Shown: in pieces, positions 63,166 through 64,000 of the stretch
Numbering within the stretch: position 1 is the stretch's first letter
Layout of the letters: each line of letters starts with the position of its first letter
NCBI GenBank assembly: GCA_964106915.2
Contig: OZ066931.1
DNA from: Podarcis gaigeae
Taxonomy: Eukaryota
Length of the DNA stretch: 64,000 nt
Direction: 5' to 3' (one strand)
Notes under the pieces: generated by a model
What the model was told of the DNA's origin: nothing
The model's input: only the letters and a program-made list of their open reading frames with translations
Databases searched by the model: none
Program-made: the position numbers and the translations under genes

Positions 63166-64000
63166 CTGAAGGGAAGAGAACCATACTTGAGTTCCTATTA
63201 GGAAAGGCGAGATAGAAATCTAATAACAAATAAGAAATTATGATTGCATGCAAATTTAGATCTGTTTGAAAAGGGCAAGGGCGTTGGTGCAGTAGGGAAC
63301 AGATTATGGGCAGTAGTTGTTTCTGAGGAACAGTAGTAAGAGCAACACCAAGGTCCGTGGTAGACCAAGACCCTTTTTTACTCCAGCCAAGAGCACAATG
63401 GTAACCAAAACCAAAGGCTACATGGTGAGAAAACAGAATACTTCCTTTTCCCTCGCTTTCAGATCAAGTCACGCTCTGGGGCAGTCCTAGGTCATGCCTG
63501 GGATTTGCTTGAAGAGCAACAAAGGCAGTTCCTAACCTTCACAACAACATTTTGCAAGCTATGAAAAATATTTTTATTTCCCCAACATGCACGCTTACCA
63601 GAACCCTTCATCGGGCAGAATGGGAATAAAGTCAGTTTCAAGGACACAGAAGTAGAGAAGGTGGTTACCAAGGGAAACACTTGGAGCCATTTTGAGTAGC
63701 TAATGGCCAAATCCCAGAAAAGGCTTAGCACATCCACACATGGGGACCCTTCAAGTGTCCCTATTTTCCAGGGACAGTCCCATAAATACAGAAGCCATCT
63801 CGGTTTTTGATTTGATCCTGGACGTTTCCTTAGGACGTTATGTGACCCCTGAGCCGAGGAAATAAGTAACTATACAACCTTTAGAAGACATCTGAAGGCA
63901 GCCCTGCATCGGGAGAAGTTTTTAATGTTTGTTTTATTGTGTTGGAAGCAGCACAGAGTTGCTTGGGCAACCGTCAGATGAGCGGGATATAAATAATAAA

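Overview
Vertebrate genomic DNA, almost certainly a squamate and most likely a lacertid lizard, judged from Sauria/Squam SINEs, Bov-B with (CAA)n tails and lacertid-type MITEs. The window covers the conserved CD274-PDCD1LG2-RIC1 immune-checkpoint block, all on the minus strand. It holds RIC1 exons 1-7 (916-21525) with a CpG-island promoter (~21.25-22.3 kb) and a PD-L2 gene reconstructed by hand: signal, IgV, IgC and TM exons are secure (41796-44753), two tail exons are tentative (38137-38169, 36247-36299), and a candidate STAT6/ISRE promoter lies near 50.5 kb. A probable cytoplasmic-tail exon of CD274 (PD-L1) lies at 63052-63165. The rest is dense in transposable elements (Sauria SINE, Bov-B, RTE, RTE-X, L1, L2, CR1, hAT and Tc1/mariner MITEs, a solo LTR), often nested, with one assembly gap (51060-51202). 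Most notable: (i) the PD-L2 protein is a PD-L1/PD-L2 mosaic; (ii) two inverted Sauria SINEs sharing ~50 bp of unique flank bracket the PD-L2 coding exons; (iii) a multi-copy hAT-like element carries a captured L2 tail. I found no convincing wholly new gene system. Most ORFs in the supplied track are spurious or TE-derived. Comparisons with human proteins are from memory, not from a database search.
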